Origin: an uncultured Clostridia bacterium
Lineage (GTDB): Bacteria; Bacillota; Clostridia; Christensenellales; Borkfalkiaceae
Length of the DNA: 52,221 bases
Assembly (NCBI GenBank): GCA_934271725.1
Contig: CAKQSC010000001.1
Coordinates: 1 to 52,221 of the forward strand
Direction: 5' to 3'
The notes below the pieces were generated by a model. The model was not told the origin of the DNA. It was given only the letters and a program-made list of their open reading frames with translations, and did no database searches. How positions within the stretch are numbered: position 1 is the first letter of the stretch; each line of letters begins with the position of its first letter. Shown piece after piece: positions 1 through 8,258 of the stretch. A program made the position numbers and the translations under genes.

Positions 1-25
1 CGACTTTTGCAACGATACGTTATCT

Positions 26-63
26 ATAAACAACGCCCCGCTCGGGAAAATCCGAGCGGGGCG
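26..63 (-). terminator. Terminator-like hairpin downstream of the 82..1032 gene
   Basis: Perfect 12-bp GC-rich stem CGCCCCGCTCGG (34-45) / CCGAGCGGGGCG (52-63) with a 6-nt loop. On the minus strand it is followed by TTGTTTAT. Confidence 0.55.
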
Positions 64-81
64 CGTATCGTTTATTCTTTT

Positions 82-1032
82 TTATTCAGCCGTTTCTTCG
101 CTTTCTGTCGGTTGTTCCGTTTCTACGGGTACCCATTTAGCGTACATCGTCTTAACTTCCGTCGTAGGCGTCATTTGATTATCCCATTTGGTTACGCAGG
201 TATCTTCCGTATACCAACCGTCGAAAGTATACCCCTCTCTCGTCGGATTTGTAGGTAACACGAATACCGTGTTTTCGTCCTCGATAAGGTCTATCCAGTA
301 TATTCCCTCGTTCGGCGCGCCCTCGTAGTTGAAATTAAACACGTAGTTGGGCGTTGCAAAGTTTTCTATGAAAATATCAGGCGAGGAAGCGCCTCCGCCC
401 GCAACCCACTCGTTTCGCTCTTCCATCACCATATCGTAATGTTTCTGTGGCGCTATTGATAAAACACTGCTATTCGGACCGGAAAAATATGCCTCACAAT
501 ACAACTTTGTTCTTCCCGACGAAAATCCCGACATCGAATATATATTCGGAACGACTACTTGAAGTCTTTCGGAATAATACGTTCCTTCTTTCGCCTCAAA
601 AACATGACCATAATACATCCTATCGACCGTATACGGCAAATATAATTTTCTGATGTTTTTCCAGGAATCCGAAATAATACGGGAACCGCCTTTATAGTAA
701 GAATACTCTTGGTCAGCAACCAAACCTACGACTTCGTATTCTCCGTTTTTAATAACCTCGGGTATTACAACGACTTCCAAATCATCGCCCAACGTATCTA
801 TTTTAGAACCGGTTTCCTTATCGTATTTGGCAGGAAACAGATGATCGACATACGCCTTTTTCGTTTCTTTTACGCACAAGTACTTTATATTATTCTCTTC
901 ATAGAGAAAAGTTTTTGAGTTCGGATCATTCTCTTCTCCGGGACAATAGAAAGCGAACAGCATAGGAAATACGCACGCGCAAACGAGTATCGCCACAAAC
1001 AACAGTGAAAATAATTTGTTTCTTTTTTTCAT
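82..1032 (-). CDS. Membrane-anchored or secreted hypothetical protein with a C-terminal Listeria-Bacteroides (Flg_new-type) repeat
   Basis: ATG start preceded by an AGGAGG RBS. N-terminal hydrophobic segment LFSLLFVAILVCACVFPMLFAF. The C-terminal segment REGYTFDGWYTEDTCVTKWDNQMTPTTEVKTMYAKW fits the G-Y-x-F-x-G-W-Y...Y-A-x-W repeat pattern. The rest has no family I recognise. Confidence 0.6.
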   Translation of the reverse strand: MKKRNKLFSLLFVAILVCACVFPMLFAFYCPGEENDPNSKTFLYEENNIKYLCVKETKKAYVDHLFPAKYDKETGSKIDTLGDDLEVVVIPEVIKNGEYEVVGLVADQEYSYYKGGSRIISDSWKNIRKLYLPYTVDRMYYGHVFEAKEGTYYSERLQVVVPNIYSMSGFSSGRTKLYCEAYFSGPNSSVLSIAPQKHYDMVMEERNEWVAGGGASSPDIFIENFATPNYVFNFNYEGAPNEGIYWIDLIEDENTVFVLPTNPTREGYTFDGWYTEDTCVTKWDNQMTPTTEVKTMYAKWVPVETEQPTESEETAE

Positions 1033-1054
1033 TTTTACCCCTCCTGCACCTTTT

Positions 1055-1110
1055 CAAGACCATATATGTTTTTACACATATACAAGACCATATATGTTTT
1101 TACACATATA
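1055..1110. repeat. Perfect tandem duplication, 2 x 28 bp (caagaccatatatgtttttacacatata)
   Basis: Positions 1055-1082 and 1083-1110 are identical base for base. Each unit contains the inverted repeat TATATGT-N6-ACATATA. The repeat lies between the predicted -10 box (1118-1123) and the RBS of the 82..1032 gene. Confidence 0.95.
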
Positions 1111-1117
1111 TAAATAG

Positions 1118-1145
1118 ATTATACTATATATTATGCGTTTGTCAA
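1118..1145 (-). promoter_or_regulatory. Sigma-A-type promoter for the 82..1032 gene
   Basis: The minus strand reads TTGACA (1140-1145), a 16-nt spacer, then TATAAT (1118-1123). Both hexamers are consensus. Confidence 0.55.
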
Positions 1146-1236
1146 TATTTATTTGAATATTTTTATATAAATCTTTGTCGAATATTGTCGATTTTGCATA
1201 AAATTATCGTTATGCGCATAACTATACGTATTGTTT

Positions 1237-1258
1237 GGGGCTGACAAATGTCAGCCCC
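1237..1258 (-). terminator. Stable hairpin just 3' of the hydrolase gene (possible terminator or stabiliser)
   Basis: GGGGCTGAC (1237-1245), loop aaat, GTCAGCCCC (1250-1258). It lies 9 nt after the stop codon at 1267. No clear U-tract follows on the minus strand, so confidence is moderate. Confidence 0.4.
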
Positions 1259-1266
1259 GAATTCGT

Positions 1267-3366
1267 TTAATTGTTGCTATTATATATTCTTACCGTCATT
1301 TTTATATTCCTGCAATACCAGTCGTCTTCCCCTCGCCCACTGGCACTGTATCTTATGACGATTACGCCGTCGCTGAAATTATTTATGAACAAATCGAAAT
1401 CGGCAATAAGAGTATAACCCCACGTCGTATCTTTTACGCCCGAGCCATGTTCCGTTCTCACTTGCCCCAAATGTTGGGTACCCGACGTTGCGGAAGTACT
1501 GAATATAGAAACCCATTGATATCCGTCGTCGCCCTCTTTAACGTCTCCGCTTAAAGTTATGGCAATTTTGTTATAGGTTGACGGAAGAGAGTTAAAGTTC
1601 AAATCCATACAGCATTGATTAAAGAACCAGTTCAACTCGATTTCGTCGTAATCATTGTTCATATAACCGTCGTCGGTAAGAACGCTTTCCACTCTGTTCG
1701 AACGTACTATAACCACGTCCGAACGTATATCACTGCCGTCGGCGACAACCTGCTTTTTATTTACGGGTATTAAAACGTTATTTTCGCCGTCCGTTACCCT
1801 TTCGTATGCGCCTAATTCGATTGCTTCGTGAATTTCCGTCGTACTGTTACCGTAAACTATTTCGTTTACGAAGAACGGATCTCTCGTTTCGAGATTGTGA
1901 ACTATCGGCATATTTGCTTGTGCAAACTTATACGCCTGAATATTGTTTATGTCCGTCCCGAAACTCTTATTATATGTGTTTCCCGCAAACCCTCTGTAAC
2001 TCACTCCTTCGTAGATTCTGCCGATTTGAGAGTTTAAACTCACCATCAAATCGTCGTAAAGGAACAAACTTCCTTCGTCGTTGCCGTTTTCGTTATGACG
2101 AATAGCCTCCAACAGAACCTCTTTGACTTCGTTTGTAGTTACCGTGTAATATGCCCTGTTCTCATCGCCTTCGGCAAACGTTGCGTTAACCATATCGTTA
2201 ATAGCGGAAGCGACACTGCCCGAAACGTTCGTTACGCCGAGCAAAAATATTCCGCGCTGTAAATCTGTTATCTGATCCGCTATTTCTTCACCGGTCATGC
2301 CTATATCCTGCAAATATTCGCCATACGTTCTTAACGCTTGTTTTATAAAATTGATACGCGAATAACCGCCTAATATTTTAAGTTTTATGTCTGAATACTT
2401 TGCATCGTAATTATTGTTCCAACGCGTTACCATATCGTTTTGCACGAATTCGTCTTGTATGCTCACAAAAGCGTCATTTTCACTGTATTTGTTTTCATAA
2501 TTGCCCCTGCCCATAATGGTATCTACAAGAAACTTAATCTTACCGAAGTTGGAGCCGAAATAGGGCGTCCCTATACTGGTTAAAGAAGCGACCAACTCGG
2601 GATACGCCATTGCGAACGCAAGGTTTGTAAGTCCGCCTCTGCTATGCCCTATAAGGTTGACTTTCGGATAAATACCGTTTGACTTTCCTTTTAACGCGTA
2701 TACTATATCTAAAAGCATTTTTGCAAACGCGTAAAAATCTTCTTTATTACTCGCAAAAGCCATGCACTCCGCATCGTATATAACTATTAAATGCTTTGTC
2801 GGATCTAATTGAGATAACGAAAGCGCGCTTGCGTATGAGGAATATGTTTTACCGTTCGTTCCCTGAATCAAATCGACTTTTTTTAAAGTACACCCATATG
2901 TATTTCCCGAAGCGGGCGTATTAGGCGTTGAAGAAATTACCGCGCGAACAACCTGATTACCGATAGCGTTCGACTTACAACGCAATCTTTCTATAAGAGA
3001 GAACTCGTCATAAGCAAAATGCGATACGAGCGGAGTTTCTTTTGATATGTCGTTACTCCAAACCGTAGCGTCGCTACCCATTCCGTGAGTGAGTACCGTT
3101 ATCATCGGGTATGCGGAAAATTGCGCGCCCGCGGGGAAAGCGTTTCTATACGCATAATACGTAGAATCTCCGGTGGGATCCGGTAGCGCCGTATGCGCGC
3201 CCGGTCCTTCCGCCAAACTTTCCGTGCCGACTTCTTCGCCCGTGTTCTGAGAAACTTCCGCATCGGCATAAGCCTTTTTGTTCACGTTTGTAAGAACACA
3301 AACGCTTGTCGCCGTTATAAACAGCGCGAGTAAAATTACAACTACTTTTTTCAATCTTCCCGTCAT
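1267..3366 (-). CDS. Secreted alpha/beta-hydrolase (lipase/esterase-like) with a long C-terminal region of unknown function
   Basis: I prefer the internal ATG at 3366: RBS AAAGGGG, followed by the signal peptide MTGRLKKVVVILLALFITATSVCVLT. The longer ORF start at 3444 falls inside the predicted -35 box. Nucleophile elbow VNLIGHSRGGL (G-x-S-x-G) and oxyanion-type LTHGMGS are present. The roughly 350 aa after the hydrolase core have no family I recognise. Confidence 0.6.
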   Translation of the reverse strand: MTGRLKKVVVILLALFITATSVCVLTNVNKKAYADAEVSQNTGEEVGTESLAEGPGAHTALPDPTGDSTYYAYRNAFPAGAQFSAYPMITVLTHGMGSDATVWSNDISKETPLVSHFAYDEFSLIERLRCKSNAIGNQVVRAVISSTPNTPASGNTYGCTLKKVDLIQGTNGKTYSSYASALSLSQLDPTKHLIVIYDAECMAFASNKEDFYAFAKMLLDIVYALKGKSNGIYPKVNLIGHSRGGLTNLAFAMAYPELVASLTSIGTPYFGSNFGKIKFLVDTIMGRGNYENKYSENDAFVSIQDEFVQNDMVTRWNNNYDAKYSDIKLKILGGYSRINFIKQALRTYGEYLQDIGMTGEEIADQITDLQRGIFLLGVTNVSGSVASAINDMVNATFAEGDENRAYYTVTTNEVKEVLLEAIRHNENGNDEGSLFLYDDLMVSLNSQIGRIYEGVSYRGFAGNTYNKSFGTDINNIQAYKFAQANMPIVHNLETRDPFFVNEIVYGNSTTEIHEAIELGAYERVTDGENNVLIPVNKKQVVADGSDIRSDVVIVRSNRVESVLTDDGYMNNDYDEIELNWFFNQCCMDLNFNSLPSTYNKIAITLSGDVKEGDDGYQWVSIFSTSATSGTQHLGQVRTEHGSGVKDTTWGYTLIADFDLFINNFSDGVIVIRYSASGRGEDDWYCRNIKMTVRIYNSNN

Positions 3367-3415
3367 CACTGCTACCCCTTTGTATTTTTTTCGGGCAATT
3401 TTATTACCCGATTCG

Positions 3416-3444
3416 ATTGTATAACCGAATATGCACGGCGTCAA
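3416..3444 (-). promoter_or_regulatory. Sigma-A-type promoter for the hydrolase gene
   Basis: The minus strand reads TTGACG (3439-3444), a 17-nt spacer, then TACAAT (3416-3421). Tandem CGAATATT motifs lie directly upstream at 3458-3475. Confidence 0.5.
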
Positions 3445-3574
3445 CAGCGAATTTTGACGAATATTATCGAATATTGTCTTATTTTGTCGGAAGTTGGTTT
3501 TTTATCATATTATTTTGCCGAAATCAAAAGAACGAAATCCGAAAACGTCATCGATTTTTATTATAAAGCAAATA

Positions 3575-3603
3575 GTCGGACTAAGCGTAATGCTTAGCCC
3601 GAC
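3575..3603 (-). terminator. Terminator-like hairpin after pfkB
   Basis: GTCGGACTAAGC (3575-3586) / GCTTAGCCCGAC (3592-3603), a 12-bp stem with one mismatch and a 5-nt loop. On the minus strand it is followed by the T-rich TATTTGCTTTAT. Confidence 0.5.
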
Positions 3604-3613
3604 CGTTTGCATT

Positions 3614-4537
3614 TTACAGTATTTCGACTTTTACTTTTTCGTAAATCTCTTCGTATTTGTTTTTGTAAAACAAATTACTGCCCGACGTCGTTACCGCCGC
3701 CGTGCCGGCGGATACCGCCATTTTTAAAAGTTCTTCGTCGTCGACGCCTCTTTTTATCGCCACCGCCGACGCGGAAAGCATCGCGTCACCCGCGCCTACC
3801 GTAGAGTTTACCGCGACGTTTGTACTTCTCGAATACAGTTGCTTTTTTCCGTCAGTGTAAATTGCCCCGTCCACCCCGAGAGATACTATAACCGCTTTCG
3901 CGCCCATATCTATGAGTTTGTGCGCGCTTTCTATTATCTCCTTTTTAGAGTTCAGCGTTTTACCGAAAACGTTTTCGAGTTCCCGTAAATTAGGCTTTAT
4001 AAGATCGGGCTTACACTTCAACGCTTCTAAAAGATTATCTCGTTCCGTGTCGCAAAGTTTAATCACGTTTTCGCCGACGCTCTCGAACACCCTTCTGTAC
4101 AGTTCGTGTCCGACGCCTTTCGGCAAACTTCCGCTCATCACTATTATTTCGGCGTTTTCGGATAACGCCTTAACTTTTTCGACGAGCGCCGTCTGCTTTT
4201 CTTCGTCGACGTTTTCGCCCGAGTCGTTTATCTCGGTAAGCATAGATTTTTTGTCTATTATTTTGTAATTGACTCTTACGCTTCCTTTATTATAAACGAA
4301 ATCCGTTTTAACGCCTTCTTTAACCAAAGACTGCTCGAACAACGCTCCGTCGTTTTCAAACATAAACCCCGTTGCCGTAACTTCTTCGCCGAGTCTTGCA
4401 ACCCCCACTGCAACGTTTAACGCCTTGCCCGAATAGTTGATTATCTTGCTGTCTATTCTGTTAAGTCTGCCCACGTTCAGGCTGTCTAACTCCATTGTGC
4501 AGTCTATGCACGGGTTAGGACATACGGTTAATATCAT
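3614..4537 (-). CDS. pfkB: 1-phosphofructokinase / PfkB-family sugar-phosphate kinase
   Basis: 307 aa. The N-terminus MILTVCPNPCIDCT is typical of the 1-PFK/tagatose-6-P kinase subfamily, and the C-terminal region has the GAGD ATP/catalytic motif (NSTVGAGDAMLS). It starts 16 nt after the EF-G-like gene and has its own RBS. Confidence 0.75.
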   Translation of the reverse strand: MILTVCPNPCIDCTMELDSLNVGRLNRIDSKIINYSGKALNVAVGVARLGEEVTATGFMFENDGALFEQSLVKEGVKTDFVYNKGSVRVNYKIIDKKSMLTEINDSGENVDEEKQTALVEKVKALSENAEIIVMSGSLPKGVGHELYRRVFESVGENVIKLCDTERDNLLEALKCKPDLIKPNLRELENVFGKTLNSKKEIIESAHKLIDMGAKAVIVSLGVDGAIYTDGKKQLYSRSTNVAVNSTVGAGDAMLSASAVAIKRGVDDEELLKMAVSAGTAAVTTSGSNLFYKNKYEEIYEKVKVEIL

Positions 4538-4553
4538 TCATTCTCTCCGTCCG

Positions 4554-6614
4554 TTATTTTTTAGCGTTTTTTATTATCTCTTCGCTCTTTTCAAAAGGCA
4601 CTTCTTCGTATCTTACGAACTTTTCCGTGTAAGAACCGCGCCCCTGCGTCATTCCTCTTAAATCTATCGCGTATTTTGCCGTTTCCGCTTTGGGAACTTC
4701 CGCCGTAAGTACCTGCTTGCCGTCAACCGTTTCCATTCCCGTAATTCTACCGCGACGTTTGTTGAAATCGCCTATAACGTCCCCCGTATACGCGTCGGGT
4801 ACGGTTACTTTGACTTCGTCTACCGGTTCGAGTATAACGGGCTTCGCTTTGGGCATAGCCTCGTCATAGGCAAGTTTGGACGCGCAAACGAAAGATATTT
4901 CGTTGCTGTCTACGGGGTGGCTCGATCCGTCGTAAAGAGTACACTTGACGTCTACTACGGGGAATCCCGCAAGCACGCCCGATTTCATCGCTTCTCTGAG
5001 TCCTTTATCTACCGCAGGAATAAAGTTTCTCGGCACCGCTCCGCCGACGACGGCGTCCACGAATTCATACACGCCGTCCGATGCGCCCGGCTCGAACTTC
5101 ACTTCAACGTCGCCGAATTGTCCCGAACCGCCGTTCTGCCGTTTATGTCTGCCTCTTGCGGAAGCCGTTCCCTTAATCGTTTCTCTGTATGCGATTTTGG
5201 GTTCTTTGAGTTCCGCCTCGACGCCGAATTTAGTTTTTAATTTTTTACAAAGCACCTTTAACTGCGTTTCTCCCTGTCCTTTTACGAGAGTTTCGCCCGT
5301 CATAGGATCTTTTTCTATTTTAAAGGACGTATCTTCTTCCGCAAGTTTATAAAACCCTTGGAAAACCTTGTCCTCTTCGTCGTGCTTGACTGCGGAAATC
5401 GCCATAGCGAGGTTTGGTTCGTCGAAAGGTATCTGCGGATAAGTTACCTTTCCGTCCTCTCTGTAAAGAGTATCCCCCGTTTTTACGGAAGTCATTTTCG
5501 CAACCGCGCCTATATCTCCCGCGCAAAGTTCCGCAACCGTTTCCTGCTTTTTACCCTTTAACACGTAAAGTTGATTTATTCTTTCCTTATCGCCCGTTCT
5601 GCCGTTTATCACCGTCATTCCGCTTTGCATAACGCCCGAATAAACCCTTATTATGCTGAGTTTGCCGACAAACGGATCTACTATCGTCTTGAATACCTGT
5701 CCGCTGAAAGGCGCGTTCTCTTCGCAATATACGTTTACGGGGTTGCCGTCTTTATCGAGCGCGACCACGTCCGTTCTGTCGACGGGCGCGGGCATAAGGT
5801 CGACTATCTCGTTCAAAAGGTTTATAACGCCTCTGTTATGAAGGGCGCAACCCGAAACTATGGGAATACAACTCCCTTTGAGTATTCCTTTCTTTATGCC
5901 GAAAATCACGTCGTCGCCCGTAAGCGTTCCGTCCGTGAAATATTTTTCCATAAGCGTATCGTCGTTTTCCGCCGCCGTTTCCATAACCTCTACGCGCATA
6001 ACTTCCACGTCGTCGCGCATATTCTCGGGTTCCTCAATCTGTTTTCTGCCGTTTTCTATAAACTCGAACGCCTTGCCGGAAATAAGGCTTACGTAGCCTT
6101 GCATTTTGCCCTTTTCCATAATGGGAGCCTGAATAGGCGCGAGTTTTTTGCCGTATTTTTCGCGAAGCGCGGATACAGTGCCCGCATAGTCGGCGTTGTC
6201 TTTATCCATTCCGTTGATAAAAACTATCATCGGTTTTCTTCTTTTTAAACAATATTCTATCGTTCTTTCCGCGCCGACGGTTATCTGCCCGTTTGCATCC
6301 ATAACGAGAATCGCGCCTCCGCAAGCCGTAAGCGCGGACGTTTCTTCGCCCGAGAAATCCAAAAATCCCGGAACGTCTATTATATTTATTTTCGTGTTTC
6401 CCCACACGACGGAAGCCACCGAAAGAGATAAACTCATTTTTCTTGCTATTTCTTCCGAATCGTAATCCATAACGGTGTTGCCGTTCGCTACGCTTCCTTG
6501 TCTGTCGATTGCTTTGCCGTTAAAAAGCATTGCTTCCGCAAGCGTGGTTTTGCCTTCGCCGAAATTGCCGACTATGGCAACGTTTCTGATGTTGTTTCCG
6601 CTGAATCTAGCCAT
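4554..6614 (-). CDS. Elongation factor G family paralogue with divergent GTPase motifs
   Basis: 686 aa with five-domain EF-G-like organisation. P-loop GNFGEGKT. G3 is DVPGF rather than DxPGH. G4 is NGMD rather than NKxD. The C-terminal domain IV/V-like segments are recognisable. Confidence 0.75.
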   Translation of the reverse strand: MARFSGNNIRNVAIVGNFGEGKTTLAEAMLFNGKAIDRQGSVANGNTVMDYDSEEIARKMSLSLSVASVVWGNTKINIIDVPGFLDFSGEETSALTACGGAILVMDANGQITVGAERTIEYCLKRRKPMIVFINGMDKDNADYAGTVSALREKYGKKLAPIQAPIMEKGKMQGYVSLISGKAFEFIENGRKQIEEPENMRDDVEVMRVEVMETAAENDDTLMEKYFTDGTLTGDDVIFGIKKGILKGSCIPIVSGCALHNRGVINLLNEIVDLMPAPVDRTDVVALDKDGNPVNVYCEENAPFSGQVFKTIVDPFVGKLSIIRVYSGVMQSGMTVINGRTGDKERINQLYVLKGKKQETVAELCAGDIGAVAKMTSVKTGDTLYREDGKVTYPQIPFDEPNLAMAISAVKHDEEDKVFQGFYKLAEEDTSFKIEKDPMTGETLVKGQGETQLKVLCKKLKTKFGVEAELKEPKIAYRETIKGTASARGRHKRQNGGSGQFGDVEVKFEPGASDGVYEFVDAVVGGAVPRNFIPAVDKGLREAMKSGVLAGFPVVDVKCTLYDGSSHPVDSNEISFVCASKLAYDEAMPKAKPVILEPVDEVKVTVPDAYTGDVIGDFNKRRGRITGMETVDGKQVLTAEVPKAETAKYAIDLRGMTQGRGSYTEKFVRYEEVPFEKSEEIIKNAKK

Positions 6615-6669
6615 AATTTAGTCCCCTCGTTTCCACGTAAGTGGTTCATTAGGGCATTGCCCTGAAAGT

Positions 6670-6698
6670 ATTATAACCTATTTTTACGCCCGTTTCAA
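6670..6698 (-). promoter_or_regulatory. Sigma-A-type promoter for the EF-G-like/pfkB pair
   Basis: The minus strand reads TTGAAA (6693-6698), a 17-nt spacer, then TATAAT (6670-6675). It lies about 55 nt upstream of the ATG at 6614. Confidence 0.6.
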
Positions 6699-6707
6699 TA
6701 GGTTTTT

Positions 6708-6746
6708 TTAAAAAAGTAGCGGTATTTGTTACCGCTACTTGCTTTT
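6708..6746 (-). terminator. Rho-independent terminator after spoIVA (bidirectional-looking)
   Basis: 11-bp stem AAGTAGCGGTA (6714-6724) / TACCGCTACTT (6730-6740). An A-run flanks one side and a T-run the other, so a U-tract follows the stem on either strand. Confidence 0.7.
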
Positions 6747-6751
6747 TTCGA

Positions 6752-8227
6752 TTATAAAAGTATGCAAATCACCCCGCCGTCTCCCTCGTTTACTATTCTT
6801 CCGACCGTCTTTACGAGTTTTTCGGAAGCGTCCTTTTTAAGGTTATCCAACTTGGCTTTTACCCCGTCGTAAACTATTTCGGAAAGAGATTTGCCGAACA
6901 ATTCGCCTTTTAAAATATCACCGCTCTCTTTCGCCACGTCGTCGTTAAGATACTCCACCATTTCTTCGCACCGCTTTTTATCTCCGACGAAAGGCGTTAT
7001 TTCCGCATTGACGCCTACTTTAAAAACGTGCAGACTTTCCGCTTTCGCGTTTATTTGCACCTTAAAGTTTCCTTTACTCCCGACTATTTTCGGTTCTTCC
7101 ACCGTAATATATTCTTTGGGCGGAAGCACCGCGCCGTAACCGTATTCCCGCGCGCTTGCGACGGCGTCTTTTATATTGTCGTATTCCCTTTTCGCAACCG
7201 TCAACGCTTTGACGTAACTCATCAGCCTGTACTCGTCGGTAACGTCCTCTCCGCACTCTTCTGACATTACTTTATAGAACACGCCGTCCTTTATACCCTG
7301 TCTGCATTTTATAACGCCGTTAGAAAGATTTACTTCTTCCACGTCGCAAGGGGTGATCCGTTCGGCATTCGTATCTTTGCCGAGTTCGCCGAAATCTTTC
7401 ATTTTATCTATCGGGCAAACGAGTTTCCTTACGTTTTCCTTTATTTCGGCGATAAGCGGATTGTCGTCGCCCAGAGCCCTTACCCACTTCGGCAAATCTA
7501 TATCTATTCTTCTTACCTTGAAATCGAGAAGAAGTTCGCCCAGAATCTCGGCAACGTCTTTATCCGTAATTTTCGTAGCGTTCTTTACTATTACGGGCGC
7601 GCCGTAACGGGAAGAAAGTTCTCTTTTTAGCGTCGCAACCCCGTCCGCATTTACGTCGGCTACGTTTAAAAGAATGCAGAACGGCTTACCGCTTTTTCTT
7701 AATTCATTTACGATTTCCTTTTCTTTTTCTTCGTAAGCCGTCCTCGATATTCCCGTAAAACTTCCGTCCGTTACGACAAGCACGCACACGGTGGAATATT
7801 CCCCGATAACCTTTCTCGTTCCTATCTCCGACGCCTCGTTGAACGTCATTTTTTCTTTACGCCACGGGGTCTTGACAAGCCGTTCTTTACCGTCCTCTTT
7901 ATCGCCGGACGCGCCCTCTACCATATACCCCACGCAGTCTATAAGACGCATATCGGCAACGACGTTTTCGCCGAGCGTTACTTTAACGGCGTCTTGCGGA
8001 ACGAACTTCAACTGCGTTGTCATAACCGTCTTTCCGTCCGCCGATTGCGGAGTTTCGTCCGTCGCTATTTTTTTGGAAAGTTCGTCTTCGACGTTAGGCA
8101 ATATAAGGTTTTCAAGCACTTTCGCCGTGAAAGTCGATTTGCCCGTTCTCACCGTTCCGACAACCCCTATGAATATCTTTCCGCCCGTTCTTTCCGCTAT
8201 GTCTTTATATATATCGCGTTTTTCCAT
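6752..8227 (-). CDS. spoIVA: Stage IV sporulation protein A (spore coat morphogenetic ATPase)
   Basis: 491 aa. The N-terminus MEKRDIYKDIAERTGGKIFIGVVGTVRTGKSTF includes a Walker A motif, and the length and overall pattern match SpoIVA. Confidence 0.9.
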   Translation of the reverse strand: MEKRDIYKDIAERTGGKIFIGVVGTVRTGKSTFTAKVLENLILPNVEDELSKKIATDETPQSADGKTVMTTQLKFVPQDAVKVTLGENVVADMRLIDCVGYMVEGASGDKEDGKERLVKTPWRKEKMTFNEASEIGTRKVIGEYSTVCVLVVTDGSFTGISRTAYEEKEKEIVNELRKSGKPFCILLNVADVNADGVATLKRELSSRYGAPVIVKNATKITDKDVAEILGELLLDFKVRRIDIDLPKWVRALGDDNPLIAEIKENVRKLVCPIDKMKDFGELGKDTNAERITPCDVEEVNLSNGVIKCRQGIKDGVFYKVMSEECGEDVTDEYRLMSYVKALTVAKREYDNIKDAVASAREYGYGAVLPPKEYITVEEPKIVGSKGNFKVQINAKAESLHVFKVGVNAEITPFVGDKKRCEEMVEYLNDDVAKESGDILKGELFGKSLSEIVYDGVKAKLDNLKKDASEKLVKTVGRIVNEGDGGVICILL

Positions 8228-8258
8228 AAAAATAAAAAACCTCCCGCATACCTATTTC

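Noticed and set aside
3367-3444. N-terminal 26-aa extension of the hydrolase ORF (MTPCIFGYTIESGNKIARKKYKGVAV)
   Set aside because: The extension would begin inside the predicted -35 hexamer and has no RBS. The internal ATG at 3366 has an RBS and is followed at once by a typical signal peptide.
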